Of a stretch of DNA of 18,804 nt, positions 1-10,185 are shown one piece after another. The notes beneath the pieces are model-generated. The model was not told the origin of the DNA, did no database searches, and saw nothing but the letters and a program-made list of their open reading frames with translations. How positions within the stretch are numbered: position 1 is the stretch's first letter; the number at the start of each line of letters is the position of its first letter. The translations under genes and the position numbers were made by a program. The stretch is from Candidatus Krumholzibacteriia bacterium (GTDB lineage Bacteria; Krumholzibacteriota; Krumholzibacteriia; LZORAL124-64-63), in the NCBI GenBank assembly GCA_036351155.1, contig JAZBOO010000171.1, positions 1-18,804 on the forward strand, given 5' to 3'.

Positions 1-27
1 CGTCCTTTTTCTTTGAGGGGGAAAATC

Positions 28-468
28 ATGAAACTGACGGCAATCGCTCTGCTCGAATTGTGCCTGCTGGGAACGCCCGCCCAGGCCTACCTGGATTCCG
101 TGGACCTTCCTCCCGGTGCAGACACCGGACAAACCGTGACCGTCACTGTCCTGGGCGGTCTGACTTCATCGTGCTGGGAATTCCAGGATTTCGAGACATT
201 CCTGACCGGACAGCTGGCTCTTGTCGAAATCACCCTGATCAACGACACGCCACCAGAAATCAGCTGCCTGCCCGTGATCACTCCGTACGATGTATACCCT
301 GAGTTCGTGTTCAACGAGGCCGGTACCTACACGGTGCGGGTGGTCGAGCACCGGATTTATCTGGGTTCACCGCTGGAGGATCATATCTGGGAAGGCACAA
401 TCGAGGTGACCGGAGAAACGGCGGATCAGCCGGTCAGCTGGTCCGCCGTCAAGGCGTTATATCAGTAG
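28..468 (+). CDS. Secreted hypothetical protein (146 aa) with signal peptide and C-terminal 'SWSAVKALYQ' motif
   Basis: ATG at 28 preceded by GAGGGGG (15-21). N-terminus MKLTAIALLELCLLGTPAQA looks like a Sec signal ending A-Q-A. Acidic, beta-rich body with two Cys. Confidence 0.8.
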   Translation: MKLTAIALLELCLLGTPAQAYLDSVDLPPGADTGQTVTVTVLGGLTSSCWEFQDFETFLTGQLALVEITLINDTPPEISCLPVITPYDVYPEFVFNEAGTYTVRVVEHRIYLGSPLEDHIWEGTIEVTGETADQPVSWSAVKALYQ

Positions 469-482
469 GAGCGGCCCAGCAA

Positions 483-896
483 TCAGCTCAGATCTACCTT
501 CTTGTTCATGGCCTCGCATACCGAGTAGCCGTACTGCTCGTAGAGGCCATGAGCGTCGTCGGTGCGCAGCAGGTGCTGGGCGCAGCGGGCCACGTCCGGG
601 TGGCTGGACAGGCAATCCATGAGAAACTTGCCCAGGCCCACGCCCCGGTAATCCTGGTGCACCATCACGTCGCACACCCAGGCGAAGGTGCACTTGTCGG
701 TCACGGCACGGGCGAATCCGATCTGCCGATCATCGTTGTACAGGCCCAGACACACCGAGTGGGCAATGGATTCCTCGACCACTTCCCTGGACCGGCCGGC
801 CGCCCAGTAGGACTGCTGCAACGCGGGCACAATGTAGAACAGGTCCAGACGATCCTTGTCGTCGCTGACGGTATAGGAACCCTTGTTCCATTCCAT
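483..896 (-). CDS. GNAT-family N-acetyltransferase (137 aa)
   Basis: QIGFARAVTD, DVMVHQDYRGVGLGK (acetyl-CoA motif A) and AHGLYEQYGY. GGAGG RBS lies 10 nt after the asnS stop. Confidence 0.92.
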   Translation of the reverse strand: MEWNKGSYTVSDDKDRLDLFYIVPALQQSYWAAGRSREVVEESIAHSVCLGLYNDDRQIGFARAVTDKCTFAWVCDVMVHQDYRGVGLGKFLMDCLSSHPDVARCAQHLLRTDDAHGLYEQYGYSVCEAMNKKVDLS

Positions 897-906
897 GCAG
901 GTCCTC

Positions 907-2307
<1,401 letters not shown>

Positions 2308-2353
2308 GGCCAGTCCTTACCTGTAGATGATCAAATAACCATTCAAGAGGCAG

Positions 2354-2382
2354 AATGTAGCACCAAGATCCCCGAGAAACAA
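2354..2382 (-). promoter_or_regulatory. Putative sigma70 promoter for asnS-GNAT
   Basis: Minus strand TTGTTT-N17-TACATT with TG-n extended -10, about 45 nt upstream of the asnS ATG. Confidence 0.5.
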
Positions 2383-2400
2383 CCAGCGGTCAGGGCGAGG

Positions 2401-4422
2401 TCACGATCCGGCCACCGCACTTCCGACCATTTCCTGCAGATTCCACCTGGCGTCTTCATCGTCCGGATGTCGAGCCAGGATCTCTTCCAGCAAAGAGACG
2501 GCCTGGGCCTGGTGATCTTCGGATTTCACCTGCCACAGCGCACAGGCCAGATTGTTGGCCGCCCGCAGGTTGTCCGGGTCGAAATGGCGCACAGCGCGAA
2601 AAATTCTCGCGGCATCATTCAGGCGTCCCTTGCCGAAGAATGCCTCGCCCATCTTGAGCCAGCGATCGACTTCCCAGCTTTCCAGCCCTTTTTCCTGCTG
2701 TCCCGGACCCGCCGGCAGTGGACAGAAGTACAGCCCCGGAATGTACCCCAGGGTAAGTAGCTTCTTCAGGTCCAGATTGGCCGTCGAACGTGCGCCGGCC
2801 TCCAGGTTCCACTTGCGCCGGAAGATCTCGAACTTCTCGTCAATCTGGGCACGGTAATCGACCTTCCCATCGACAAAGCTACGGCTGCCGAAATGGTGCA
2901 CGAAGCTGTCGAAGGCCACCACCGCGTTGAATCCCGCCAGAATGGTGCGCAGGCAATAGTCGGTGTCCTCGTAGTTTCCCTGGCCGAAACCTTCGTCCAG
3001 CCCGCCAATGCGCTCGATCAGGCTCTTCTTCATCAGCATGCAGAACCCGACGATCATCAGCGCGGTCTGAGTGCGACCGGCCTCCTCGACGCCACGGCGG
3101 GCGGCAAACTCGGTCAGGCCTTTGAGAGAGTCCTCGTTGTAAGGCACCGATGGCAGTTTCTGGCCTCCGGAAATGCTGTTGGTCACCGGACCCACCAGCC
3201 CCACCTTGGGATCCTTCTCCGCCGGAGCCAGCAGAGCCTCCAGCCACCCGGCCGTCACCACCGTGTCGCTGTTCAGCAGACAAACGTAGTCGCCCCGGGC
3301 CGCCACGATGCCCACGTTGTTGCCCGCCGCGAACCCCAGGTTCTCGCCATTGCGAATCACCCGCACCTGAGGATGACCACGCTCCAGATCCGCCAGGTAG
3401 TCCAGGGTGTCCTGCCGTGAACCGTTGTCCACGAACAGCAGCTCGTGGCGAGGGTCAGTGTGGCGGAGCAAGGACTCGGCACACTTTCGCGTGTAGTCCA
3501 GCGCATTCCAGGTCAGCACCACCACAGACACCACCGGGCCTTCCTCGTCACAGGGCCGGGTCAGGGTCAGCCGAGGGGCCACGTAGTTGCGGATGGCCAT
3601 ACCGGGAGTTTGCCGAAAGTCATCCCCCCCATGATGTATGAAATCGGGCCTGGCCACCCCCTTCCAGATCTCGTTGAATCGGGCGATGTTGCGTTGAGTC
3701 TGGGCCCAGCGTTCAGGACCACTCTGCGACTCGTAGTGATAGATCACGCTCTCGGGACGATAAACGACCTTCCACCCGAGTTGACCCGCCTTCAGGCAAA
3801 GGTCCACGTCCTCGTTGCCGTTCCAGAATACCTCGTTGAATCCGTTGACCGCGGCGAATACTTCGGGCCGGATCAGCAGGCAGGCACCCGTGACGATTTG
3901 CTGGTACTGCGGTTTCGTGGTGCAGACGTCAGTCGCGGCCTTTCGGTAACTGAGGTGAATTCCACCAATGATATCCCCCTGATCGGGGAATTCGACCAGA
4001 GCCACACCCGCGTGCTGAATGGTGTTGTCGGCAAATAGAAGCTTGGCCCCCACGATGCCCACTTCCGGGTCCCGATCAAGGGTGCTGACCATGGGATCCA
4101 GCCAGCCCGGCAACACTTCCATGTCGTTGTTCAAGAAGAGGATGTACCGCCCCCGGGCCGCCTTCGCCCCCAGATTGCAGCCCCGGGAAAAGCCCAGATT
4201 CTCGGGGTTGAGCACCAAGCGCACCCGGCCGTTCTGCTGCTGCTCGGTCAACCACTCCCGCGAACCGTCGGTGGAGCCGTTGTCCACCACGATGATCTCG
4301 AATGTGGCCTCCGCCCCCACGGACCAGAGCGATTCCAGGCAAACCCTGGTCAGTTCCAGCTTGTTGAAAACCGGCATCACCACCGAGACATCAGGCCTGG
4401 TAGGGTTGGCGCGTGTGGACAT
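2401..4422 (-). CDS. Glycosyltransferase with two tandem GT2 domains and a C-terminal TPR-like region (673 aa)
   Basis: Domain 1: VSVVMPVFN, VVDNGSTDGS, NLGFSRGCN, FLNND, NEDVDLC. Domain 2: VSVVVLTWN, FVDNGS, NLGFAAGNN, LLNSD, YEDTDYC. Helical tail with DPDNLRAANNLA and HPDDEDARWNL. Start placed at ATG 4422 behind AGGGG. Confidence 0.92.
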   Translation of the reverse strand: MSTRANPTRPDVSVVMPVFNKLELTRVCLESLWSVGAEATFEIIVVDNGSTDGSREWLTEQQQNGRVRLVLNPENLGFSRGCNLGAKAARGRYILFLNNDMEVLPGWLDPMVSTLDRDPEVGIVGAKLLFADNTIQHAGVALVEFPDQGDIIGGIHLSYRKAATDVCTTKPQYQQIVTGACLLIRPEVFAAVNGFNEVFWNGNEDVDLCLKAGQLGWKVVYRPESVIYHYESQSGPERWAQTQRNIARFNEIWKGVARPDFIHHGGDDFRQTPGMAIRNYVAPRLTLTRPCDEEGPVVSVVVLTWNALDYTRKCAESLLRHTDPRHELLFVDNGSRQDTLDYLADLERGHPQVRVIRNGENLGFAAGNNVGIVAARGDYVCLLNSDTVVTAGWLEALLAPAEKDPKVGLVGPVTNSISGGQKLPSVPYNEDSLKGLTEFAARRGVEEAGRTQTALMIVGFCMLMKKSLIERIGGLDEGFGQGNYEDTDYCLRTILAGFNAVVAFDSFVHHFGSRSFVDGKVDYRAQIDEKFEIFRRKWNLEAGARSTANLDLKKLLTLGYIPGLYFCPLPAGPGQQEKGLESWEVDRWLKMGEAFFGKGRLNDAARIFRAVRHFDPDNLRAANNLACALWQVKSEDHQAQAVSLLEEILARHPDDEDARWNLQEMVGSAVAGS

Positions 4423-4522
4423 GAAACAGACCCCTACTGGCCGGAATCCGGCCAATGGACGGAAAAAACAAGGACTTATCTTTCAATATCCCCGGGAAAT
4501 GCAAGGAGTATGCACAACCCTC

Positions 4523-4551
4523 TTGACGCCGCTTGGGAGGGGGCCTATTGT
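4523..4551 (+). promoter_or_regulatory. Sigma70 promoter of the AsnRS-like/carA/carB operon
   Basis: TTGACG (4523-4528), 17-nt spacer, TATTGT (4546-4551). The predicted start (~4557-4558) falls just before the first leader hairpin. Confidence 0.8.
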
Positions 4552-4559
4552 GCCCGAAA

Positions 4560-4592
4560 TCCTTTAACCGCGGCCCGTGAGCCACGAAAGGA
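4560..4592 (+). promoter_or_regulatory. PyrR-binding-loop-like RNA element 1
   Basis: TCCTTTAA-CCGC-GGC[CCGTGA]GCC-ACG-AAAGGA. Lower stem TCCTTT/AAAGGA, CUUUAA motif and CNGNGA hexaloop, as in Bacillus PyrR sites. Confidence 0.75.
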
Positions 4593-4647
4593 ATCCGTTG
4601 TCTGCTCGCGAAAAAAATGTCATTTGCCCGTTGCCCGCGGAAGCTTG

Positions 4648-4682
4648 GCCCCGTCACCATTTGGTGATCGGGGTGTTTTTTT
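4648..4682 (+). terminator. Intrinsic terminator/attenuator inside the 5' leader
   Basis: GCCCCG-TCACC-ATTT-GGTGA-T-CGGGGT followed by G and seven T (4676-4682). Confidence 0.8.
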
Positions 4683-4702
4683 GCCCATCTCCCAGGGCCT
4701 GA

Positions 4703-4737
4703 TCCTTTAATGCGGCACCCGTGAGTGCCGAAAGGAG
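4703..4737 (+). promoter_or_regulatory. PyrR-binding-loop-like RNA element 2 overlapping the Shine-Dalgarno
   Basis: TCCTTTAA-TG-CGGCAC[CCGTGA]GTGCCG-AAAGGAG. The 3' arm contains AAGGAG (4732-4737), 7 nt before ATG 4745. Confidence 0.8.
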
Positions 4738-4744
4738 CCGACCG

Positions 4745-5710
4745 ATGATCGAAGCCAGCACTGTCCACTCCAGCTCTGAACAACCCGCGCCTCAGCCCCA
4801 GTCAGCCATGTTTCATTGCCCCGGCCGTCCCCTGCCCCTGGCCCGCCGGCTGGCCGTCCACAACCGGGTGGCCGGGCGCATTCGCGCCTTCATGACCGAG
4901 CGAAAGCTCAACGAGATTCCCGTCCCTGCCATTTCGGCCGCCACCGGCAGCTGGGAAGCCACCGCCCGGTTCTACCTGGACAGCATGATCGCCCGCGGTT
5001 TTCCCGCCGTGTGGTGCGAAACCGACACCCTGCCTCAGCCCGGCGAACCTCTGGACAAGCGATTGACCGGTTTCAAGCGCGTGGAAGCCGAGATGCGCGA
5101 CCTGAACCTGGACCAGCTGTGCCGTTTCCAGGAAGAGCTGCTGCGCACCGTGGCCGCCGACCTGAGTGCCGATCTGCTGGGGGGCCGCCAGGTCACCCGC
5201 CTGGATCGCATGATCACCCTGGAGCATCCTCGCCTGACCTATCGCCGGGCCCTGGACATCTTGAATCAGCGGGGATGGTCCCTGACTTTCGGCGAGGAAC
5301 TGCCCGCCGAAGCCGAGGCCAGCCTGTGCCGCTATTGCGGTAACTTGCCGGTGATGGTGACCAACCTGCCCGCGGTGCAGCGCTTCTTCACCACGCGCCT
5401 GGACGACACCGATTCCGAGACCACGCTGAGCATGGACTACATCCTGCCCTACGGAGGCCAGACCATGGACGGGGCCGTGCGCGAAACCGATCCGGCGCGC
5501 ATGCGCCAGCGGATCAACGACGATCCGCGCCCCAACGCCTCCTTCGATTCGTACCTGGCCATGTTCGCGGCCAGGCCCCTGCCCCGCGCCGGGTTCGGCG
5601 TGGGCATGGCCCAGTTGCTACAGCACCTCATGGGGCTGGAGCACATCGCCGACGCGGTCATCCACCCCCTCGTCACCTCGGGCCTGACGGCCACCGGAAG
5701 TGAGGCCTGA
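4745..5710 (+). CDS. Class IIb aaRS (AsnRS/AsnA-like) catalytic-domain paralog with degenerate active site (321 aa)
   Basis: Colinear with the catalytic core of the local AsnRS (RLTYRRALDIL, PVMVTNLP, MDYILPYGGQTMDGAVRE, PRAGFGVGM) but has no OB domain. Start ATG 4745 follows AAGGAG. Stop overlaps the carA start (TGATG). Confidence 0.85.
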   Translation: MIEASTVHSSSEQPAPQPQSAMFHCPGRPLPLARRLAVHNRVAGRIRAFMTERKLNEIPVPAISAATGSWEATARFYLDSMIARGFPAVWCETDTLPQPGEPLDKRLTGFKRVEAEMRDLNLDQLCRFQEELLRTVAADLSADLLGGRQVTRLDRMITLEHPRLTYRRALDILNQRGWSLTFGEELPAEAEASLCRYCGNLPVMVTNLPAVQRFFTTRLDDTDSETTLSMDYILPYGGQTMDGAVRETDPARMRQRINDDPRPNASFDSYLAMFAARPLPRAGFGVGMAQLLQHLMGLEHIADAVIHPLVTSGLTATGSEA

Positions 5711-6846
5711 TGGAAGCCTACGTGGCCCTCGAAAACGGCATGGTCCTGCCCGGTCAGATGTTCGGGGCGCCGTTGCCCGCCGGCGGCGAGGTGGTCTTCC
5801 ACACCGGCATGACCGGCTACCAGGAAATTCTGACCGACCCCAGCTACGCCGGCCAGGTGGTGGTGTTCACGGCCAGCCATATCGGCAACTACGGGATCCA
5901 CCGGCAGGATCATGAATCGGCACGCATTCATCCCGCCGCGGTCATCGTGCGCGACTTCTGCCGCCGCACCTTCCACCGGCAAAGCGAATCCGGCCTGGAC
6001 CAGGTGCTGCGCCAGGCCGGGGTGCCCGCCCTGGCCGATGTGGACACCCGGGCCTTGACGGTGGCCATTCGCGATGGCGGCACCTGTCGCGGCTACATCG
6101 GCACCGGCGATCCCCAGGAACTGGTTCGCAAGGCGCAAGCCCTGCCCCCCATTCACGAGGTGGACTGGGTCAGCCGCGTGACCACGCCGCGGGTCCGCGC
6201 CCACACCCGGGAACCGGACGGTGATGCCCCGTATGCCGTGGCGGTTCTGGATTGCGGAGTCAAGAAGAGCATTCTGGATCGGCTGGTGGACGAAGGATGC
6301 CGGGTCACTCTGTTTCCCGCCGGCACACCGGCCGCCGACATCCTGGCTACTCTGCCCGAGGGCGTGTTCCTGAGCAACGGGCCAGGCGACCCAGCCCGCT
6401 ACCCCAATCTGGTGTCCACGGTGCGAGAGTTGCTCGACGCCGAGGTTCCGCTGTTCGGAATCTGCCTGGGGCATCAGTTGCTGGCGCGCGCGCTGGGAGC
6501 CGAGACCATCAAGCTGCCATTCGGCCACCACGGGGCCAACCACCCCGTGCAGCGACTGGCCACCGGGCGGGTCGAGATCACCAGCCAGAATCACAATTAC
6601 GCCGTCCCGGCGGACAGCCTGCCCAGCCACCTGGCCGAGGTCACGCACCGCAGCCTGAATGACGACAGCGTCGAGGGGCTGGAAGTCATCGGCCAGGCCG
6701 CCTACTCGGTGCAGTTTCATCCCGAGGCGGCACCCGGACCCAGCGACAGCCTGTACCTGTTCCAGCGCTTCGTCCAGGACATGGAAACCTTCCGTCAGAA
6801 CGTGAGCCCGTACCGAAAGTTGAAAAAGCATGCCGCGTCGGGCTGA
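5710..6846 (+). CDS. carA: Carbamoyl-phosphate synthase small (glutaminase) subunit (378 aa)
   Basis: [38 protein letters not shown] (catalytic Cys), SQNHNYAV and QFHPEA (His-Glu). Confidence 0.98.
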   Translation: MEAYVALENGMVLPGQMFGAPLPAGGEVVFHTGMTGYQEILTDPSYAGQVVVFTASHIGNYGIHRQDHESARIHPAAVIVRDFCRRTFHRQSESGLDQVLRQAGVPALADVDTRALTVAIRDGGTCRGYIGTGDPQELVRKAQALPPIHEVDWVSRVTTPRVRAHTREPDGDAPYAVAVLDCGVKKSILDRLVDEGCRVTLFPAGTPAADILATLPEGVFLSNGPGDPARYPNLVSTVRELLDAEVPLFGICLGHQLLARALGAETIKLPFGHHGANHPVQRLATGRVEITSQNHNYAVPADSLPSHLAEVTHRSLNDDSVEGLEVIGQAAYSVQFHPEAAPGPSDSLYLFQRFVQDMETFRQNVSPYRKLKKHAASG

Positions 6847-9800
6847 TCTGCACACCATCCTGGTCCTGGGCTCCGGCCCCATCGTCATCGGCCAGGCCAG
6901 CGAGTTCGACTACTCGGGCACCCAGGCGGTCAAGGCTCTCAAGCAGGAGGGCTACCGGGTGGTGCTGGTCAACAGCAACCCGGCCACCATCATGACCGAC
7001 CAGGATCAGGCCGACGTCACCTACATCGAGCCCCTGACGGTGGAGATGCTGGAGCGCATCATCCTGGCTGAAAAACCCGACGCCGTGCTGCCCACGGTGG
7101 GTGGCCAGACCGGGCTGAATCTGGCGGTCGAGCTGGCCGAAACCGGCGTGCTGGATCGGTACGGAGTCGAGCTGATCGGGGCCACCGTGGAATCTGTCCA
7201 GCTGGCCGAGGACCGGCAGCGATTCAAAGACACCATGACCTCCATCGGGCTGGAGACGCCCTGCAGTTTTCTGGTCAGTTCGCTGGACCAGGCTGAACAG
7301 GCCCTCGAGGCCATCACCTTTCCCATGATCCTGCGAGCCAGCTTCACCCTCGGTGGAGCCGGCAGCGGCATCGCCCGGAACCGCGGCGAGTTTCTGACCA
7401 TGTTGCGCGAAGGACTGGCCGCATCGCCGGTGGGCACGGTGCTGGTCGAGGAGTCGGTGCTCGGCTGGAAAGAGTTCGAACTCGAGGTGATCCGCGACCG
7501 AGTGGGCAACGGCATCGTGGTGTGCAGCATCGAGAACTTCGACGCCATGGGTGTGCACACGGGTGACAGCATCACCGTGGCCCCGGCCCAGACCTTGACC
7601 GACCGCCAGTATCAGAAGCTGCGCGACCAGGCATTGCAGGTCCTGGACGCCGTGGGCGTGGTGACCGGCGGCAGCAATGTGCAGTTTGCCCTCGATCCCG
7701 ACAGCGACCGGGTCACCGTCATCGAGATGAACCCCCGCGTCAGCCGCAGCAGCGCCCTGGCCAGCAAGGCCACCGGGTATCCCATTGCCAAGATTGCCGC
7801 CCTGCTGGCTGTGGGTTACACCCTGCCCGAGTTGCCCAACGAGATCACCGGCTGCAGCAGCGCCTGCTTCGAACCCAGCATCGACTACACGGTGGTCAAG
7901 GTGCCGCGCTGGTCGTTCGAGAAATTTCCGGGCACGCCGGACAGTCTGGGCACCAGCATGCAGTCGGTGGGCGAGGTCATGGCCATGGGCCGCACCTTCC
8001 GCGAGGCCCTGCAGAAGGCCATGCGCTCGCTGGAGCTGGGATTCGACGGCTGGGAAAGCATGGCCAGCGGCCGGTCCCTGGCTCAGCTCAAAAAGGACCT
8101 GGCCAATCCCAACCAGAACCGTTTGACCGATCTGCACGAGGCCTTTCGCCGTGGTTTGATGCCCGAACAACTGCATCGTCTGACCGGGATTGACCCCTGG
8201 TTTCTGGACAATCTGGCCCGGCTCATGGAAATCGAGGGCCGCCTGCGGGGATTCACCCTGAGTGAGCTGCCCGACGAGCTGCTGCGCGAGGCCAAGCGTG
8301 AAGGGTTCAGCGATCGGCGCATTGCACGCCTGTTGCCGTGGGCTCCGGAACCGGCTCACGATTTCTCTCCGCGCCAGGTCCTGGACCGGCGCACCGTGCT
8401 GGTTCACGCCGCACGACAGGCCAGCAACCTGCACCCCATTTTCCGGCGGGTGGACACCTGCGCCGCCGAGTTTGCCAGCGAAACCCCGTACCTGTTTTCC
8501 ACCTGGGAAACAGGGCCGTGCGAGAGCCGCCCCACCGACCGCAGCAAGATCATGGTGCTGGGCGGCGGACCCAACCGCATTGGCCAGGGCATCGAGTTCG
8601 ACACCTGTTGCTGCCATGCCGTGCAGGCCATCAGGCAGGCGGGTCTGGAAGCCATCCTGGTCAACTGCAATCCCGAAACCGTGAGCACCGACTACGACCT
8701 GTCGGACCGCCTCTACTTCGAGCCGCTGCGATTCGAAGAAGTCATGCACATCGTCGCCACCGAACAGCCGCGCGGCGTCATCGTCACCCTGGGCGGACAG
8801 ACGCCGCTGAACCTGGCGCGTCAGCTGGACCAGGCCGGTGTCCCGTTGCTCGGCACGGGTGTCGAGGCCATCGACCGCGCCGAGGATCGCGACCGCTGCG
8901 GCGAGCTGCTGGGACAGCTGGGTATTGCCTCGCCGCGACACGGCAGCGCACATAGTTTGGATCAAGCATTGGTCACGGCCGCTCACATAGGTTACCCTGT
9001 CATGGTTCGACCCAGCTACGTGCTGGGCGGCCGCGCCATGCGCGTGGTGTACGAACCTGACGAACTGCGGCTGTACTTCGAGGAGGCTGTGAAGGTCAGC
9101 GGCGAGCACCCTGTCCTGATCGATCAGTTCCTCGAAGACGCCGTGGAATTCGATGTCGATGCCGTGTGCGATGGACGCGAGGTTTTGATCGGCGGCATCA
9201 TGCAGCACATCGAAGAAGCCGGCATTCACAGCGGCGACAGCTTCGCCGTCCTCCCCCCCTACAAGTGCACTGCCGAACAGATCGATCTGATGCGCCGCCA
9301 CACCACGCGCATTGCCCGCGCCCTGAAGGTGATCGGCTTGCTGAACATCCAGTTCGCACTGCACGAGGGGACCCTGCACGTGCTGGAGATCAACCCCCGC
9401 GCCTCGCGCACCGTCCCCTTCCTCGAGAAAGCCACCGGACAGGATCTGGCCTGCATCGCCACCCGTTGCATGCTGGGATTCAGCCTGGCCGAGCAGGGGG
9501 TGGTCGAGGCTCTGCCCTCCGGGCACACCTTCGTCAAGGGGCCGGTTTTTCCGTTCCGCCGCTTCCCCCGGACCGACCACCTGCTGGGCCCTGAAATGAA
9601 AAGCACCGGCGAGGTCATGGGCATCGGACGCAACTTTGGCGAGGCCTTTGCCCGCGCCCACCTGGCCGCCGGCCAGGCACTCCCGGCGGCGGGCACGGTG
9701 TTTCTGAGTGTGAACGATCGGGACAAGGACGAGCTGCTGCCCATCGCGCGTGAGCTGAGTGACCTGGGGTACCACCTCCTGGCCACAGGGGGCACGGCGC

Positions 9801-10090
9801 GGTTCCTGGAGGGGCAGGGTGTGCCCGCCGCCGTGGTGGCCAAGGTGGGCGAAGGGTCGCCCCACATCGGGCAAGCCATCCGCGATGGCGAGGTGCAGAT
9901 GGTCATCAACACCCCCCTGGGCAAGCAGAGCCGCTACGACGAGAGTGCCATCCGGCGCGAGGCTCGGGCCCTGGACATTCCCTGCATCACCACCTTGAGC
10001 GGCGGGAGGGCCGCGGTCGACGGCATCAAGGCCATGCGGGAAGGAATGGCCGGCGTGGTTTCCTTGCAGGAGTTGCGGGCCAGGGGGTAG
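6830..10090 (+). CDS. carB: Carbamoyl-phosphate synthase large subunit (1086 aa)
   Basis: [50 protein letters not shown], second ATP-grasp ([21 protein letters not shown]) and MGS domain (ATGGT, VINTP). Overlaps carA by 17 nt. Confidence 0.98.
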   Translation: MPRRADLHTILVLGSGPIVIGQASEFDYSGTQAVKALKQEGYRVVLVNSNPATIMTDQDQADVTYIEPLTVEMLERIILAEKPDAVLPTVGGQTGLNLAVELAETGVLDRYGVELIGATVESVQLAEDRQRFKDTMTSIGLETPCSFLVSSLDQAEQALEAITFPMILRASFTLGGAGSGIARNRGEFLTMLREGLAASPVGTVLVEESVLGWKEFELEVIRDRVGNGIVVCSIENFDAMGVHTGDSITVAPAQTLTDRQYQKLRDQALQVLDAVGVVTGGSNVQFALDPDSDRVTVIEMNPRVSRSSALASKATGYPIAKIAALLAVGYTLPELPNEITGCSSACFEPSIDYTVVKVPRWSFEKFPGTPDSLGTSMQSVGEVMAMGRTFREALQKAMRSLELGFDGWESMASGRSLAQLKKDLANPNQNRLTDLHEAFRRGLMPEQLHRLTGIDPWFLDNLARLMEIEGRLRGFTLSELPDELLREAKREGFSDRRIARLLPWAPEPAHDFSPRQVLDRRTVLVHAARQASNLHPIFRRVDTCAAEFASETPYLFSTWETGPCESRPTDRSKIMVLGGGPNRIGQGIEFDTCCCHAVQAIRQAGLEAILVNCNPETVSTDYDLSDRLYFEPLRFEEVMHIVATEQPRGVIVTLGGQTPLNLARQLDQAGVPLLGTGVEAIDRAEDRDRCGELLGQLGIASPRHGSAHSLDQALVTAAHIGYPVMVRPSYVLGGRAMRVVYEPDELRLYFEEAVKVSGEHPVLIDQFLEDAVEFDVDAVCDGREVLIGGIMQHIEEAGIHSGDSFAVLPPYKCTAEQIDLMRRHTTRIARALKVIGLLNIQFALHEGTLHVLEINPRASRTVPFLEKATGQDLACIATRCMLGFSLAEQGVVEALPSGHTFVKGPVFPFRRFPRTDHLLGPEMKSTGEVMGIGRNFGEAFARAHLAAGQALPAAGTVFLSVNDRDKDELLPIARELSDLGYHLLATGGTARFLEGQGVPAAVVAKVGEGSPHIGQAIRDGEVQMVINTPLGKQSRYDESAIRREARALDIPCITTLSGGRAAVDGIKAMREGMAGVVSLQELRARG

Positions 10091-10103
10091 GCACGAGCGG
10101 AAA

Positions 10104-10122
10104 TTTTCCAGCTGGTTGGAAA
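10104..10122. repeat. Imperfect palindrome, copy 1 (TTTTCCAGCTGGTTGGAAA)
   Basis: Dyad TTTTCCA/TGGAAAA just after the carB stop. 16/19 identical to 11589-11607. Confidence 0.45.
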
Positions 10123-10185
10123 AATCTCCTGGGCTTATCCTGAAGATCACTGGCCAGTTCTTCAAAATGCGTGCGGAGGAGCCTT

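Noticed and set aside
4510..4710. 66-aa ORF as a leader peptide, or the leader as a T-box
   Set aside because: The ORF starts upstream of the predicted promoter. No T-box consensus (GGTGGNACCGCG) is visible, and the PyrR-like hairpins explain the region better.
4721..4744. GTG start at 4721 for the AsnRS-like ORF
   Set aside because: The GTG lies in the loop of hairpin 2 with no RBS upstream, whereas ATG 4745 has AAGGAG at 7 nt spacing.
4745..5710. Annotating the paralog as an active AsnRS, asparagine synthetase A or EpmA, or as a pseudogene
   Set aside because: Both ATP-binding arginines are missing, so an active ligase is unlikely. There are no stops or frameshifts and coupling to carA is intact, so pseudogene is unsupported.
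6686..10165. 1159-aa - strand ORF antisense to carB (also 5449-6888 antisense to carA and 13469-14887 antisense to dcu)
   Set aside because: Codon-register mirrors of highly biased genes, with the typical antisense composition and no domain signatures.
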